Below are positions 1 to 9,725 of a stretch of DNA of 21,950 nucleotides, piece by piece. The number at the start of each line of letters is the position of its first letter. Position 1 is the stretch's first letter. Both the position numbers and the translations under genes were made by a program. The notes below the pieces were generated by a model. The model was given only the letters and a program-made list of their open reading frames with translations. It did not search any database and had not been told where the DNA came from. The stretch is from Campylobacterota bacterium. Its GTDB lineage: Bacteria; Campylobacterota; Campylobacteria; Campylobacterales; Sulfurovaceae. The stretch lies in assembly GCA_034722955.1 (NCBI GenBank), contig JAYEOM010000101.1, forward strand, positions 12,294 through 34,243, given 5' to 3'.

Positions 1-26
1 AATGTCTTCTAGGGTGTGCTAAATTA

Positions 27-701
27 CTATCTTTCTCTTTTTGCACGCACTTTGTGAGAACTTTTCTGCTCGCTACCGTGAGAGATAAAAGCCAAAAGAT
101 AGATCTTCCAAATGGCTAAAAACATCAAACCATACGCAATAACCCTCACAATAGATGCGATAGCACTATCATACGCCAACAAGCCCAATGTGTTAAGTAT
201 GTAGTGAAAGTCATGATAAGCATCAACACCCAAAAATGACTTATTTGCAGGCAGGATAGCACCTTCGTGTGCTGTAGAGATATACCATGCAGTATTATGT
301 ATCGTAAATCCTGTAAAATAGACTCCTATCCACATCACAAAATAGTTCAACTTTTTTTTGTAGTAGTATGCGATACCTGCTGGAAACATGATCTGAAATA
401 TAGTGCCATTGAGAACTGTCAAAAATTGCGGACAAGGCAATATATAACAAACCCCATGCCCTCCCTCGTGCACTATCCCAAAAGTTTGATTGGAGATAAA
501 AAAGTAGAGATTGAAGATACTCTGCATTATGGACGGATCTTCTACAGGGGGATTACCATAGGGTGCATAATGAGGAAAGAGAACCAAAAAAAGAGTAAGG
601 AGTACAAATATACTTTTTTTTGCAAGCGGTGAAACCTCATCACTCTCTCTCTTCTCTCCCTCAAGTAGATATGAGAAGTCATCTATACTGCTCTTTTTCA
701 T
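27..701 (-). CDS. Uncharacterised integral membrane protein with HExxH motif (possible M50-like zinc metallopeptidase)
   Basis: 224-aa ORF with several hydrophobic segments, GIVHEGGHGVC (HExxH) next to a TM segment and a later DAYHDF motif; family is inferred. Confidence 0.6.
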   Translation of the reverse strand: MKKSSIDDFSYLLEGEKRESDEVSPLAKKSIFVLLTLFLVLFPHYAPYGNPPVEDPSIMQSIFNLYFFISNQTFGIVHEGGHGVCYILPCPQFLTVLNGTIFQIMFPAGIAYYYKKKLNYFVMWIGVYFTGFTIHNTAWYISTAHEGAILPANKSFLGVDAYHDFHYILNTLGLLAYDSAIASIVRVIAYGLMFLAIWKIYLLAFISHGSEQKSSHKVRAKRER

Positions 702-763
702 CTCTATCCTTTTTTGCCCTATATGTTAAATCTAGGAAGAGTTTTGGGATTCACCAGATGGAT

Positions 764-910
764 CTACTGTATTTTTTTATCTCTACTCAAGAGTATAGAG
801 CTGTCGTTACAGCTGGCATTTGCAACGATAAGTCTATCAAAGGGATCCCTTGTCCAGTGTAACTTGGTTGACTCTTTGGCAACTAAGGCTACTCCAATCC
901 ATACCGACAA
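764..910 (-). pseudogene. C-terminal remnant of a PIN-domain (VapC-type) toxin
   Basis: Hand translation LSVWIGVALVAKESTKLHWTRDPFDRLIVANASCNDSSILLSRDKKIQ*; DPFDR-hydrophobic-A and the later (S/T)xD match the PIN C-terminal signature; N-terminal half and antitoxin missing. Confidence 0.7.
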
Positions 911-913
911 AGA

Positions 914-3481
914 CTAGTTTCCACCCTCAATCATTTCGGCTAGGTAGACCTTGGACTCCTCTATCGCTTCTGTGATTTTTTTTGGATTTTTTCCGCCTGC
1001 CTGAGCAAAGTCTGGGCGACCGCCGCCGCCGCCACCGACTATCGGTGCGATACTCTTGATCCAGTCACCGGCTTTGATAGATGTATCTTTGCTTCCGCAT
1101 GCGATCATAACTTTATTGCCTCTCTTTTGGAAGAGCATGATTGCTAGCTTGGGATATCTATTTTTAGCCTCATCGATCAACCCTTTGATATCTCCTATCT
1201 CCACCTCATCAACGATAACAGTTATGCCATTGATCTCATTGGCAGTTAACTCTTTTTTGTTACTGATTAGTGCTGATTGGAGTTCCCCTTTGAGTGTTTT
1301 GACCTGATCTTTTAGTTTAGAGATACCCGCTAGAGGATCTTGATTTTTTAGTTCTGCTTTGACTGACTCCAGGGAGCTTCGCAGAGCAGAGACTTCATCT
1401 ATGGCAGCTTCTCCGCAAACTGCTTCGATCCTTCGTACACCAGCAGAGACTCCAGACTCTTTAGTGATCATAAAGAGACCTATTTGGGATGCACTCTCTA
1501 CATGGGTTCCTCCACATAGTTCAACTGAGGCATCCCCCATACTCACCACACGAACCTCATCACCATACTTCTCACCGAAGAGCGCTATAGCTCCTGAGTT
1601 TTTGGCTTCATCAACACTCTTGATCTGGGTCTCTACAGGAGTATTGTGACTGATCTTATCATTGACCCATGCCTCTATCTTGCTGATCTCTTCACGACTC
1701 ATAGCCTGAGGATGAGAGAAGTCAAATCTCAATCTTTTTGCATCATTGAGCGAACCTGCCTGAGCGATATGATCACCCAAAATACTTCTCAGAGCAGCAT
1801 GGAGGAGATGTGTAGCTGAGTGATGCTTCTCTATCTCTGTACGAGAACGATCTACTGCAGCTTCAACTCTATCTCCTACACTCACTCTACCTTTAACTTC
1901 AGAGAGATTCAAATCCAAAAACTGCCTACTATCCAACACTTTGACTAGCGACTCCCTACTGTCGATTATCAACTCTCCGCTATCTCCCGTCTGTCCTCCT
2001 GATTCAGCATAAAATGGTGTCTTATCGAGCAGTACCCACCCTTTGCCATCTATACTATCACACTCTCTAAAGTGATCATCCAGCAGTGCCAATACAACAG
2101 CATCGCAAGTTGTACTCTCATACCCTACAAACTCATTGCTGTCAAAACGCTCTTTGATTAGCTTGAAATCTCCCTTGGCAACTGCATCACCACTCCCTTT
2201 CCAGCCTGCTTTGGAGTTGGCTTTTTGGACTCTCATCTTTCGCTCAAAAGCTTCTCTATCTAGGGCTATATGTTTTTCACGCAGCATATCTTCAGTGAGA
2301 TCCAGAGGAAATCCGTAGGTATCATAGAGCTTGAAAGCAACTTCACCGTTGAATGTATCACTTGTATTGTTCAACTCATCATTGAAAAGTTTGATACCGG
2401 CATCTATCGTATCAAAAAATCGCTCCTCCTCCAACTTCATAGAGGTTTTGATAGTTTCAGATTTATCATTGAGATAACTGTAGTATCCACCCATCTGATC
2501 TACCAATATGTCTACCAAACTATACATAAAGGGTTCACGCAATCCCAGTAGATACCCATGGCGGATTGCACGACGCATTATACGACGCAAGACATAGCCA
2601 CGACCCTCTTTGTCAAAGTTGACACCTTGAGCCAGCAAAAATGCTGTAGATCTAAGATGATCTGCTATGACACGATAACTTGCTATATTATCATCGGTAG
2701 GCTCACCCTCTACTCTCTTGCTGATCTCATCTACGATTGGTTTGAAAGAGGAGGAGTCAAAGTTATTGAGTACACCCTCTTTGATAGCGATAACTCTCTC
2801 CAGTCCCATCCCAGTATCGATACTAGGTCTAGGAAGTGGATGCAGTTTTCCATCTGCATCTCTATCATACTGCATAAAGACTAAGTTCCAAATCTCCAAA
2901 AACCTATCGCCATCTCCACCCATCACATCATCATCAGAGTTGAAATTCTCTTCACCTTGATCATAAAATATCTCTGAACAGGGACCGCAAGGACCTATAT
3001 CCCCCATCTGCCAAAAGTTATCTCTGTCTCCAAAACGGAGGATCCGATCCTCGGCAATATGTCTCTTCCACAGCTCAAATGCTTCATCATCACTATCATG
3101 AACAGTTACCCAGATATTCTCTGCCGGCAGTGCTAGATACTCTGCCCCAGTGATAAATTCCCAAGCATAAGCAATCGCATCTTTTTTAAAATAGTCACCA
3201 AAAGAGAAGTTGCCTAGCATTTCAAAAAAAGTATGATGCCGTGCCGTATACCCCACATTGTCAAGATCATTGTGTTTACCGCCAGCACGGATACAAGTTT
3301 GGGAAGATGTCGCTCTAGGGGGAGTGGGGATCGGTGCTTCACCTGTAAATATGTTTTTGAACTGTACCATCCCAGCATTGGTAAAAAGTAGTGTTGGATC
3401 ATCCGGTACTAGGGGTGAACTAGCCACAAGCTGATGTGACTTGCTCTCAAAAAAATTTAAAAAAGATTGTCTGATATCCAT
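914..3481 (-). CDS. alaS: Alanine--tRNA ligase
   Basis: [30 protein letters not shown], editing motifs HSATHLLH and ELCGGTH, C-terminal [14 protein letters not shown]. Confidence 0.99.
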   Translation of the reverse strand: MDIRQSFLNFFESKSHQLVASSPLVPDDPTLLFTNAGMVQFKNIFTGEAPIPTPPRATSSQTCIRAGGKHNDLDNVGYTARHHTFFEMLGNFSFGDYFKKDAIAYAWEFITGAEYLALPAENIWVTVHDSDDEAFELWKRHIAEDRILRFGDRDNFWQMGDIGPCGPCSEIFYDQGEENFNSDDDVMGGDGDRFLEIWNLVFMQYDRDADGKLHPLPRPSIDTGMGLERVIAIKEGVLNNFDSSSFKPIVDEISKRVEGEPTDDNIASYRVIADHLRSTAFLLAQGVNFDKEGRGYVLRRIMRRAIRHGYLLGLREPFMYSLVDILVDQMGGYYSYLNDKSETIKTSMKLEEERFFDTIDAGIKLFNDELNNTSDTFNGEVAFKLYDTYGFPLDLTEDMLREKHIALDREAFERKMRVQKANSKAGWKGSGDAVAKGDFKLIKERFDSNEFVGYESTTCDAVVLALLDDHFRECDSIDGKGWVLLDKTPFYAESGGQTGDSGELIIDSRESLVKVLDSRQFLDLNLSEVKGRVSVGDRVEAAVDRSRTEIEKHHSATHLLHAALRSILGDHIAQAGSLNDAKRLRFDFSHPQAMSREEISKIEAWVNDKISHNTPVETQIKSVDEAKNSGAIALFGEKYGDEVRVVSMGDASVELCGGTHVESASQIGLFMITKESGVSAGVRRIEAVCGEAAIDEVSALRSSLESVKAELKNQDPLAGISKLKDQVKTLKGELQSALISNKKELTANEINGITVIVDEVEIGDIKGLIDEAKNRYPKLAIMLFQKRGNKVMIACGSKDTSIKAGDWIKSIAPIVGGGGGGRPDFAQAGGKNPKKITEAIEESKVYLAEMIEGGN

Positions 3482-3509
3482 GAAAATACCCTCTGTTTAA
3501 AGTAAGAGT

Positions 3510-3518
3510 ATTTTAGCA
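3510..3518 (-). promoter_or_regulatory. Putative sigma70 extended -10 for alaS
   Basis: TGCTAAAAT on the minus strand ~30 nt upstream of the alaS start. Confidence 0.5.
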
Positions 3519-3551
3519 AAATGTGGTTAACAGATGGATAAAGTATACTCT

Positions 3552-3980
3552 CTATAGATAAAATGTGCAGGCATCATCCATATCGTAGTCAAAGCTACCA
3601 TCACCATAGGTTGTGCTAGCACCAAAATATTCACAATCAAAAGGGATACCGCCCTTTCCTCTATCTAGATCATCGACTATATAGATGATATCATCCAGCT
3701 CATAATCGTTGTCATAGTTACCATTGAGTCCTGTAAAATCAAAAGTACAAGAGTCAGGGACAAAAAATGTAAATTCGCCATTGGGTCTCGTCATAGACCA
3801 ATCAACCATCGAATCACAGATATACGGGATACCACCAAGTGAAAAACCATCTTGATCGATCAAAAAGAGAGTTGTTGCTTCAGGGATTGGTTCAGGTGGA
3901 TAGTAGTTATCATTAGAACCACACCCAGAAAATAGAACTACTGCGGCTACCGTACTCACCAAAACTGAAAACTTCTTCAC
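3552..3980 (-). CDS. Acidic lipoprotein with two internal Cys-containing repeats (paralog of 4029..4442)
   Basis: GTG start with AAGGAG RBS; lipobox FSG-C; duplicated module G(I/V)P(Y/F)xC...GxFx(F/Y)...CTF. Confidence 0.85.
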   Translation of the reverse strand: MKKFSVLVSTVAAVVLFSGCGSNDNYYPPEPIPEATTLFLIDQDGFSLGGIPYICDSMVDWSMTRPNGEFTFFVPDSCTFDFTGLNGNYDNDYELDDIIYIVDDLDRGKGGIPFDCEYFGASTTYGDGSFDYDMDDACTFYL

Positions 3981-3994
3981 TCTCTTTCTCCTTC

Positions 3995-4016
3995 AGCCCA
4001 AATCGTAATTTGGGCT
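3995..4016. other. Intergenic stem-loop between the lipoprotein genes
   Basis: AGCCCAAAT-CGTA-ATTTGGGCT: perfect 9-bp stem, UACG loop on the transcribed minus strand, no U-tract. Confidence 0.6.
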
Positions 4017-4028
4017 TCTATCAATTAG

Positions 4029-4442
4029 CTATAGATAAAAAGTACACTCATCATCCATATCATACTCAAAATACCCACTTATATCAGTAAAGCCCCCTGT
4101 TCCTGACCAACAATCATAACCAATACCCTCTATACCGTTGGCAGCGGAATCATCGATATACAATGGATCCCACAGATATGCCATGCTTCCATCAAATCCT
4201 GTCAAATCAAAGGTACAGTTCTCTCCCGGATAGAAGTAGAAAGCACCAACTTCATCCGTAAATCCAGATCTTCCATCACACATATATGGCACACCTGCCA
4301 AACCTCCATTGTTATCATCCAGATACAATACATCCATCTCTACAGGAGGTGGAGGTGGCACATCACCTCCACCACCGCCTCCGCCACAACCAGTTAAGAT
4401 CACTGCTGCTGCCAAACTTGATAAAATCAAAACTTTTTTCAT
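4029..4442 (-). CDS. Acidic lipoprotein with Gly/Pro linker and two internal Cys-containing repeats
   Basis: AAGGAG RBS; lipobox LTG-C then poly-Gly and poly-Pro; ends DMDDECTFYL versus DMDDACTFYL in the neighbour. Confidence 0.85.
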   Translation of the reverse strand: MKKVLILSSLAAAVILTGCGGGGGGGDVPPPPPVEMDVLYLDDNNGGLAGVPYMCDGRSGFTDEVGAFYFYPGENCTFDLTGFDGSMAYLWDPLYIDDSAANGIEGIGYDCWSGTGGFTDISGYFEYDMDDECTFYL

Positions 4443-4502
4443 AACAACTCCTTAAATATTGTTTAAACAATTTTAGTCTTAATCATCTTAAAGTTTCATT
4501 AA

Positions 4503-5516
4503 TTAAAAAGAGATATTTTGTAATAGCGTAGCTATCTTTTGACTTCCACTATCTTCAACCACCTCTAGGAGACCCCTGCTTTTAGCTTCAATATCTTCAT
4601 CCAGCAAGGAGAGTACCTCCCTCTCATCAATGGCATCTTCTCTCATAACCCAAGCTAACTCTCTCTCTACAAGAAACTCAGCATTATAGTACTGATGATC
4701 ACTGGCTGCATAGGGATAAGGGATATAGAGTGTTGGCAAACCTGTGGCAGAGAGTTCCCAGAGGGTCGATGCTCCAGCTCTAGCAATAGCAAAATCTGCT
4801 TTTTTCATATATGATGCCAACTCTGTAGTAAATCCAAAGACTTCAGCATCGATACCCAGATCACCATAAGCTCTCTTCACCTCATCTATATTTTTCTCTC
4901 CTGCCTGATGGATGACAGCAACTCCTCTTCTCTTAAACTCTGGTGCAAGAGAGAGTGCCAATCCATTGATCGCTTTGGCACCTTGGGAGCCTCCCAAAAA
5001 GATGATACTTTTTATATGACTGCGTAGTCGAGCATTTTTAAAAAAGATCTGCTTGATCGGATAGGCATGTATCGGACTCTCATCCAGATAGGATGAGATG
5101 AAAGCTGCAGCATAAGGCTTCATCACCCTATTGAGTGAACCCAATGCTGCATTTTGTTCATGTATCGCAAGCGGTACTCCTTTGAGTTTGGCAGCCAAAG
5201 AGGTAGCAGCTGAGGAGAAACCTCCGACTGAGAAGACGACTTTGGCATCATGCCTCTTTAGCAATGTCATAGCTTCTTTAGTAGCAGAAGCTAACATTAT
5301 CAAGGATTTGATCTTTCCAAAAACTCCTTGATTGACTACACCTCTCGTTTCAAGAAAGTACTTTTGTGCAAAGTCATCATCATCACCAAACCACTGTTGA
5401 TCTTGTCCTCTAGTCGATCCTATATAGATCAACTCCTCACCTCTCAACTGCTCTTTAACTGCCTTGATGATCGTCAGATGACCACCGGTACCTCCACCCG
5501 TCATAATGATACTCAT
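4503..5516 (-). CDS. murG: Undecaprenyl-PP-MurNAc-pentapeptide GlcNAc transferase
   Basis: TGGGTGGH, HEQN, GGSQGA, RAGAST, PYPYAASDHQYYNA; overlaps the ftsW stop. Confidence 0.98.
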   Translation of the reverse strand: MSIIMTGGGTGGHLTIIKAVKEQLRGEELIYIGSTRGQDQQWFGDDDDFAQKYFLETRGVVNQGVFGKIKSLIMLASATKEAMTLLKRHDAKVVFSVGGFSSAATSLAAKLKGVPLAIHEQNAALGSLNRVMKPYAAAFISSYLDESPIHAYPIKQIFFKNARLRSHIKSIIFLGGSQGAKAINGLALSLAPEFKRRGVAVIHQAGEKNIDEVKRAYGDLGIDAEVFGFTTELASYMKKADFAIARAGASTLWELSATGLPTLYIPYPYAASDHQYYNAEFLVERELAWVMREDAIDEREVLSLLDEDIEAKSRGLLEVVEDSGSQKIATLLQNISF

Positions 5517-6703
5517 CGTAACTCCTCTTCATATCTTCTCCATCTCAACATCTTTTTGGAGATCATCAGCACCATACCTATTGCGATACTGTTTGCCACT
5601 ATTTGTGACCCGCCATAACTCAAAAACGGCACTGCTATTCCTTTGATAGGTGTCATACCGCTGATACCATAACTATTGACGACCAGCGAGAGACCGATCA
5701 ATAGAGAGATGCCAATAGCAAATAGAGCATAACGAGGCTCCAGTAGATCTGCTGCGATTTTATTGAGCCTAAAGATAATAAGCAGAAAAGCTAAAACCAC
5801 AAGCAGCAGTCCTGCAAATCCCAACTCCTCTGTCAATCCAGCCAATACAAAGTCTGTATGAACATCAGAGACATACCCTAGTTTAAATTGACCCGCTCCA
5901 AGACCTTGCCCAAAAAATCCACCATTATAAATAGCATTGAGTGAGTTAGATATCTGATATGGTTCTCTTCCTGCCTCTACCTGCAGTCTCTGCACCGCTT
6001 CAAATGGAAAAAGTACAAGGATAGTATCCTGAACCGTTGACCACCAGCTTAAGATCCGATTCATCCTATGAGGTGCCAACATGATCAGACCGACAAAAGC
6101 GGCAAGACTCCACATCAAAATCACAAAAAAGACTTTCTTGCTTCGTCCAACAAGCAAAAATAGTATAGCTAGTGTCCCCGCCAATACTACTACTTGTCCC
6201 AAATCTTTCTGAAATACTGCTATCAATAAGACAGCAAACCCAAATATCAAAAGATAAGGAAATAACATTTTCAACTCTACCCAGAGGCTCAAACTCTTTA
6301 GAGAGATCATCTTTCGTGAAAAACTCCAAGAGAGGAAAAAGACAAACCCGATCTTGAAAAACTCAACTGGTGCTATCGAAGCTGGTCCAAACTGTATCCA
6401 ACGCTTGGCACCTCCCACAGCTTTGACCATTGAGTCAGGCATAAACTGCATAACAATCATCAAAATGAAAAATATCAAAAAGAGAGAAAATCCTATGATA
6501 TTAAACCATCTGTCCGGATTGAGCTTGCTCAATATAAAGATCAATACAATCCCAACCAAAATAGATATAGATTGACGAATAAAAAAGTGTAAATCTTGAA
6601 AATGAAAATAGAGTACCGCATAGGTTGAGAGTGAATAACTCATCACCAAAGATAGGGTCATCAAAATAATCACTCCGGCTAATAGCTGTTTGTCAATCAT
6701 CAA
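5513..6703 (-). CDS. ftsW: SEDS-family peptidoglycan polymerase FtsW
   Basis: GAKRWI, PVEFFK, QKDLG, HTDF, PIKGIAVPFLSYGGS; directly upstream of murG. Confidence 0.93.
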   Translation of the reverse strand: MMIDKQLLAGVIILMTLSLVMSYSLSTYAVLYFHFQDLHFFIRQSISILVGIVLIFILSKLNPDRWFNIIGFSLFLIFFILMIVMQFMPDSMVKAVGGAKRWIQFGPASIAPVEFFKIGFVFFLSWSFSRKMISLKSLSLWVELKMLFPYLLIFGFAVLLIAVFQKDLGQVVVLAGTLAILFLLVGRSKKVFFVILMWSLAAFVGLIMLAPHRMNRILSWWSTVQDTILVLFPFEAVQRLQVEAGREPYQISNSLNAIYNGGFFGQGLGAGQFKLGYVSDVHTDFVLAGLTEELGFAGLLLVVLAFLLIIFRLNKIAADLLEPRYALFAIGISLLIGLSLVVNSYGISGMTPIKGIAVPFLSYGGSQIVANSIAIGMVLMISKKMLRWRRYEEELR

Positions 6704-6806
6704 ATGCTTCTTTTAAAAAATATATGGGTATTTTACCTAATTAATCCCGAACTGAAGATAGATTTTACTAAAATATGCTTTTGATACTTATAAATATGGA
6801 GTTTAA

Positions 6807-8825
6807 ATGACAGAGGAGAACCTAGAAGAGCTGAGAGAGAGGAGAAATAGTAAATTATACATTCTATATGGTATTTTTCTATTCTTGATCTCTGCTTTTC
6901 TATTTTCTGTATTTCGTACCATCACTTCAGATCGTGATATCCCTGCCAAAACATCAGTGATCCATGATCGCTCTTTGCGTGGGGATATCATCTCAAAAGA
7001 TGGCTATACACTCAGCAGTAGCTACAAGCTCTATCAAGCGACAGTACATGTCAAAAATATTGACCCAAATAAAGAGGATCTATTTTTTAAACTTTTCAGT
7101 ATCTATAGCGGGCTGGATGAATCAAAACTAAAAAAGAGATTTTATACCAAAGATGGCAAGAGAAAAACTGGTCGAGTCACACTCTCATACAATCTAAACG
7201 AGAGAAGTGCCATACAGCTAAAATCACTTGCTTTCAAGCTGAGAAAACTCAAAGTTTTCCGTGCAACTAAAAATAGAAACGGTATAAATGTCCTTTATGG
7301 TTTGGACATTATAGAGAGTGGTGAAGCCCGCAGGTTTCCACTAGGTGACTGTCTCACACCTATTATTGGTTATGTACGCAAGAGAGATGAAGATGGCTAC
7401 ACGCGTCCTATAGGTCAAAAAGGTTTAGAGCGATATGCAGAGGAGCATATTGTATCTAGAAAAAATGGTCTCTTTACCGGAGAGAGAGATGTAGTAGGTG
7501 CTGTCATACGCAACGGAGACAGCACCAAAATCCCACGCATAGACGGTCTTGATCTTCATCTCAATATCTCACTAAGAGTTCAAAAACAGATAGAGGTGAT
7601 ACTCGATCATATGAAAGAGGAGACTTGGTCAGAAGAGATCATAGCTGCTGTTATGGATAGCACAACCGGAGAGGTTTTAGCTATGGCTAGTTCAGAACGA
7701 TTTGACCCTTCAAATATCACATCCAAAGATGTATCAGCACTCAATCCAAAGTTTTCTGAATACCCATATGAAGTAGGCTCTGTTATGAAGCCTCTCACTC
7801 TAGCCATAGCTCTAGAGCACAATCGTGTCACACCTGATACTTGGATCGAAACATTCAATGGCAGGATGAAGATAAGCAAGAGACGCACCATCACTGATGA
7901 TCACCCTTATGCTCGACTCACAACAACCGATGTCATCGTACACTCATCCAATGTAGGTATTTCACAAATTTCATGGAGATTGACAGGGGCAGAGTTCCGA
8001 AGCGGTCTACTCAAATTTGGTCTATCCCAACACTCAGGTATCGATCTATCTCGTGATCTTCCGGGGATAGTCAAACCCGTCAAAAAATTGCAAAACAGAA
8101 TGCACCGTGCCAATCAAGCCTATGGATATGGCATGCATGCGACATTTGCCCAGATGATCAAAGCCTACTCTGCATTTAACAATGACGGCAAGACTATGAC
8201 TCCACGCATCATCAACTATTTTCAAAACTTGGATGGAAAGCACTATACACTACCGCCTCCACAACCTGACAGACAAGCTATCACTAAAAAAAGTGCTGAT
8301 CAAATCCATCAGATGCTTGTAGAGGTAGTCCAGAGGGGGACTGGTGTTGCAGGAAAGTACGCAGGCTTGGAGGTGGGCGGCAAGACAGGTACTGCACACA
8401 TCAGTAATGCACAAGGGTATCAGAGGCTATACCATAGTAGTTTTTTTGGTTTTGCCAATGACAATTTGGGTCATAAATATACCATAGGAGTTCTTGCTAT
8501 CAAGCCAAGGAAACCTCATAAATATTTTGCATCACAATCTGCAGTACCTACCTTCAGAAGAGTCATACATGCACTAGTAGAGCTAGACTACCTCAAGCCA
8601 GAGTTTAGCGAGCAGGAGCTAGAGGAGAAGAGAGCAAAAGAGGCTGCCAAAGAGCGTAAAGATGCACTGAGAGATGCCTATAGAAAACCTGTGAAGATAA
8701 AAAAAGCTAAAAAACCAACCTATCGCCCCAAGCCAAAACCAAAGAGAAAGCCAAAACCAAGAAAAAGACCAAGAGAGAGACCAAAGCCATCACCGGAGCT
8801 CTTCAATGACTTAGATATGTTTTAA
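6807..8825 (+). CDS. ftsI: Class B penicillin-binding protein (FtsI/PbpC type) with Lys/Pro-rich C-terminal tail
   Basis: N-terminal TM, RGDI, GLE, SVMK (SxxK), SSN (SxN), KTGTA; divergent from ftsW. Confidence 0.9.
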   Translation: MTEENLEELRERRNSKLYILYGIFLFLISAFLFSVFRTITSDRDIPAKTSVIHDRSLRGDIISKDGYTLSSSYKLYQATVHVKNIDPNKEDLFFKLFSIYSGLDESKLKKRFYTKDGKRKTGRVTLSYNLNERSAIQLKSLAFKLRKLKVFRATKNRNGINVLYGLDIIESGEARRFPLGDCLTPIIGYVRKRDEDGYTRPIGQKGLERYAEEHIVSRKNGLFTGERDVVGAVIRNGDSTKIPRIDGLDLHLNISLRVQKQIEVILDHMKEETWSEEIIAAVMDSTTGEVLAMASSERFDPSNITSKDVSALNPKFSEYPYEVGSVMKPLTLAIALEHNRVTPDTWIETFNGRMKISKRRTITDDHPYARLTTTDVIVHSSNVGISQISWRLTGAEFRSGLLKFGLSQHSGIDLSRDLPGIVKPVKKLQNRMHRANQAYGYGMHATFAQMIKAYSAFNNDGKTMTPRIINYFQNLDGKHYTLPPPQPDRQAITKKSADQIHQMLVEVVQRGTGVAGKYAGLEVGGKTGTAHISNAQGYQRLYHSSFFGFANDNLGHKYTIGVLAIKPRKPHKYFASQSAVPTFRRVIHALVELDYLKPEFSEQELEEKRAKEAAKERKDALRDAYRKPVKIKKAKKPTYRPKPKPKRKPKPRKRPRERPKPSPELFNDLDMF

Positions 8826-9646
8826 ATCCAAATATTATCTATCAATCTAGTCCTGCCCACCCAGGCAGCTACAAGTATCATGGTGTTGCCTATCTCAACT
8901 CTATCGATCTTGTGAAAATCCCTATCTACGATCACGATATATTCGATACTATCTACCTCTCTGAGCAGACCCTCTATCTGCTCTATCAGGGTAGCAGAGT
9001 CTCTCTCTCCGATCATCACACTTTTAGTAGCAAACTTCAAAGATCTTGAGAGTAGGAGTGCTTGCTCCTTCTCATCTACAGATAGATAAGCATTTCGGCT
9101 ACTTAGTGCCAAGCCTCGCTCATCTCTGATGATTTCACAGGGGATGATTTGGCAAGAGAGAAAATAACTCCGTGCCATCTGCATGATCAGTGCCAACTGC
9201 TGTGCATCTTTTTTCCCAAAATAGGCTCGTGTCGCCGAGGATAAATTTAAGAGCTTCATAACCACTTGCAGCATCCCATCAAAATGTCCTGGTCTCTTCT
9301 CTCCCTCTAGTATATAGCCACGCAAGGCTGGTGCACCGATAGAGAGTTCATCCTCTTCATACATCTGCTCTATCGTTGGCATAAAGAGTATATCCACACC
9401 TGCAACTTCACAAATCCTACGATCAGCCTCCTCTCTCTTGGGGTAACTCTCCAGATCTTCCCCTTCGAGAAACTGTGTGGGATTTACAAATATAGAGACG
9501 ATAACTTGATCACTCTCCTCCACTGCTCTGCGTATCAAGGAGAGGTGCCCTGCATGAAGAGCTCCCATAGTCGGCACAAACCCTATCTCTCCTCTCATAC
9601 TTTTCTGAGCACTCTGTAACCCTGCTACTGTTCGCACTATCTCCAT
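8822..9646 (-). CDS. panC: Pantoate--beta-alanine ligase
   Basis: FVPTMGALHAGH, SIFVNPTQF, RPGHFDG, FGKKDAQQ, GLALSSRN, RLIDN. Confidence 0.99.
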   Translation of the reverse strand: MEIVRTVAGLQSAQKSMRGEIGFVPTMGALHAGHLSLIRRAVEESDQVIVSIFVNPTQFLEGEDLESYPKREEADRRICEVAGVDILFMPTIEQMYEEDELSIGAPALRGYILEGEKRPGHFDGMLQVVMKLLNLSSATRAYFGKKDAQQLALIMQMARSYFLSCQIIPCEIIRDERGLALSSRNAYLSVDEKEQALLLSRSLKFATKSVMIGERDSATLIEQIEGLLREVDSIEYIVIVDRDFHKIDRVEIGNTMILVAAWVGRTRLIDNIWI

Positions 9647-9672
9647 CTCTAACCTCTATCTCTATTATATTT

Positions 9673-9688
9673 TGCTAGAATCATAGCA
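9673..9688. promoter_or_regulatory. Overlapping divergent extended -10 elements for prfB (+) and panC (-)
   Basis: TGCTAGAAT on + (9673-9681) and TGCTATGAT on - (9680-9688). Confidence 0.4.
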
Positions 9689-9725
9689 GATTTTCAATGA
9701 AGATAAGAAAAGGAACTTTCTACAC

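Noticed and set aside
722..916. TAG readthrough or recoding giving an AlaS-PIN fusion
   Set aside because: In-frame placement has a one-in-three chance, AlaS is already complete, the PIN piece lacks its N-terminal catalytic residues, and other genes here use TAG as a normal stop
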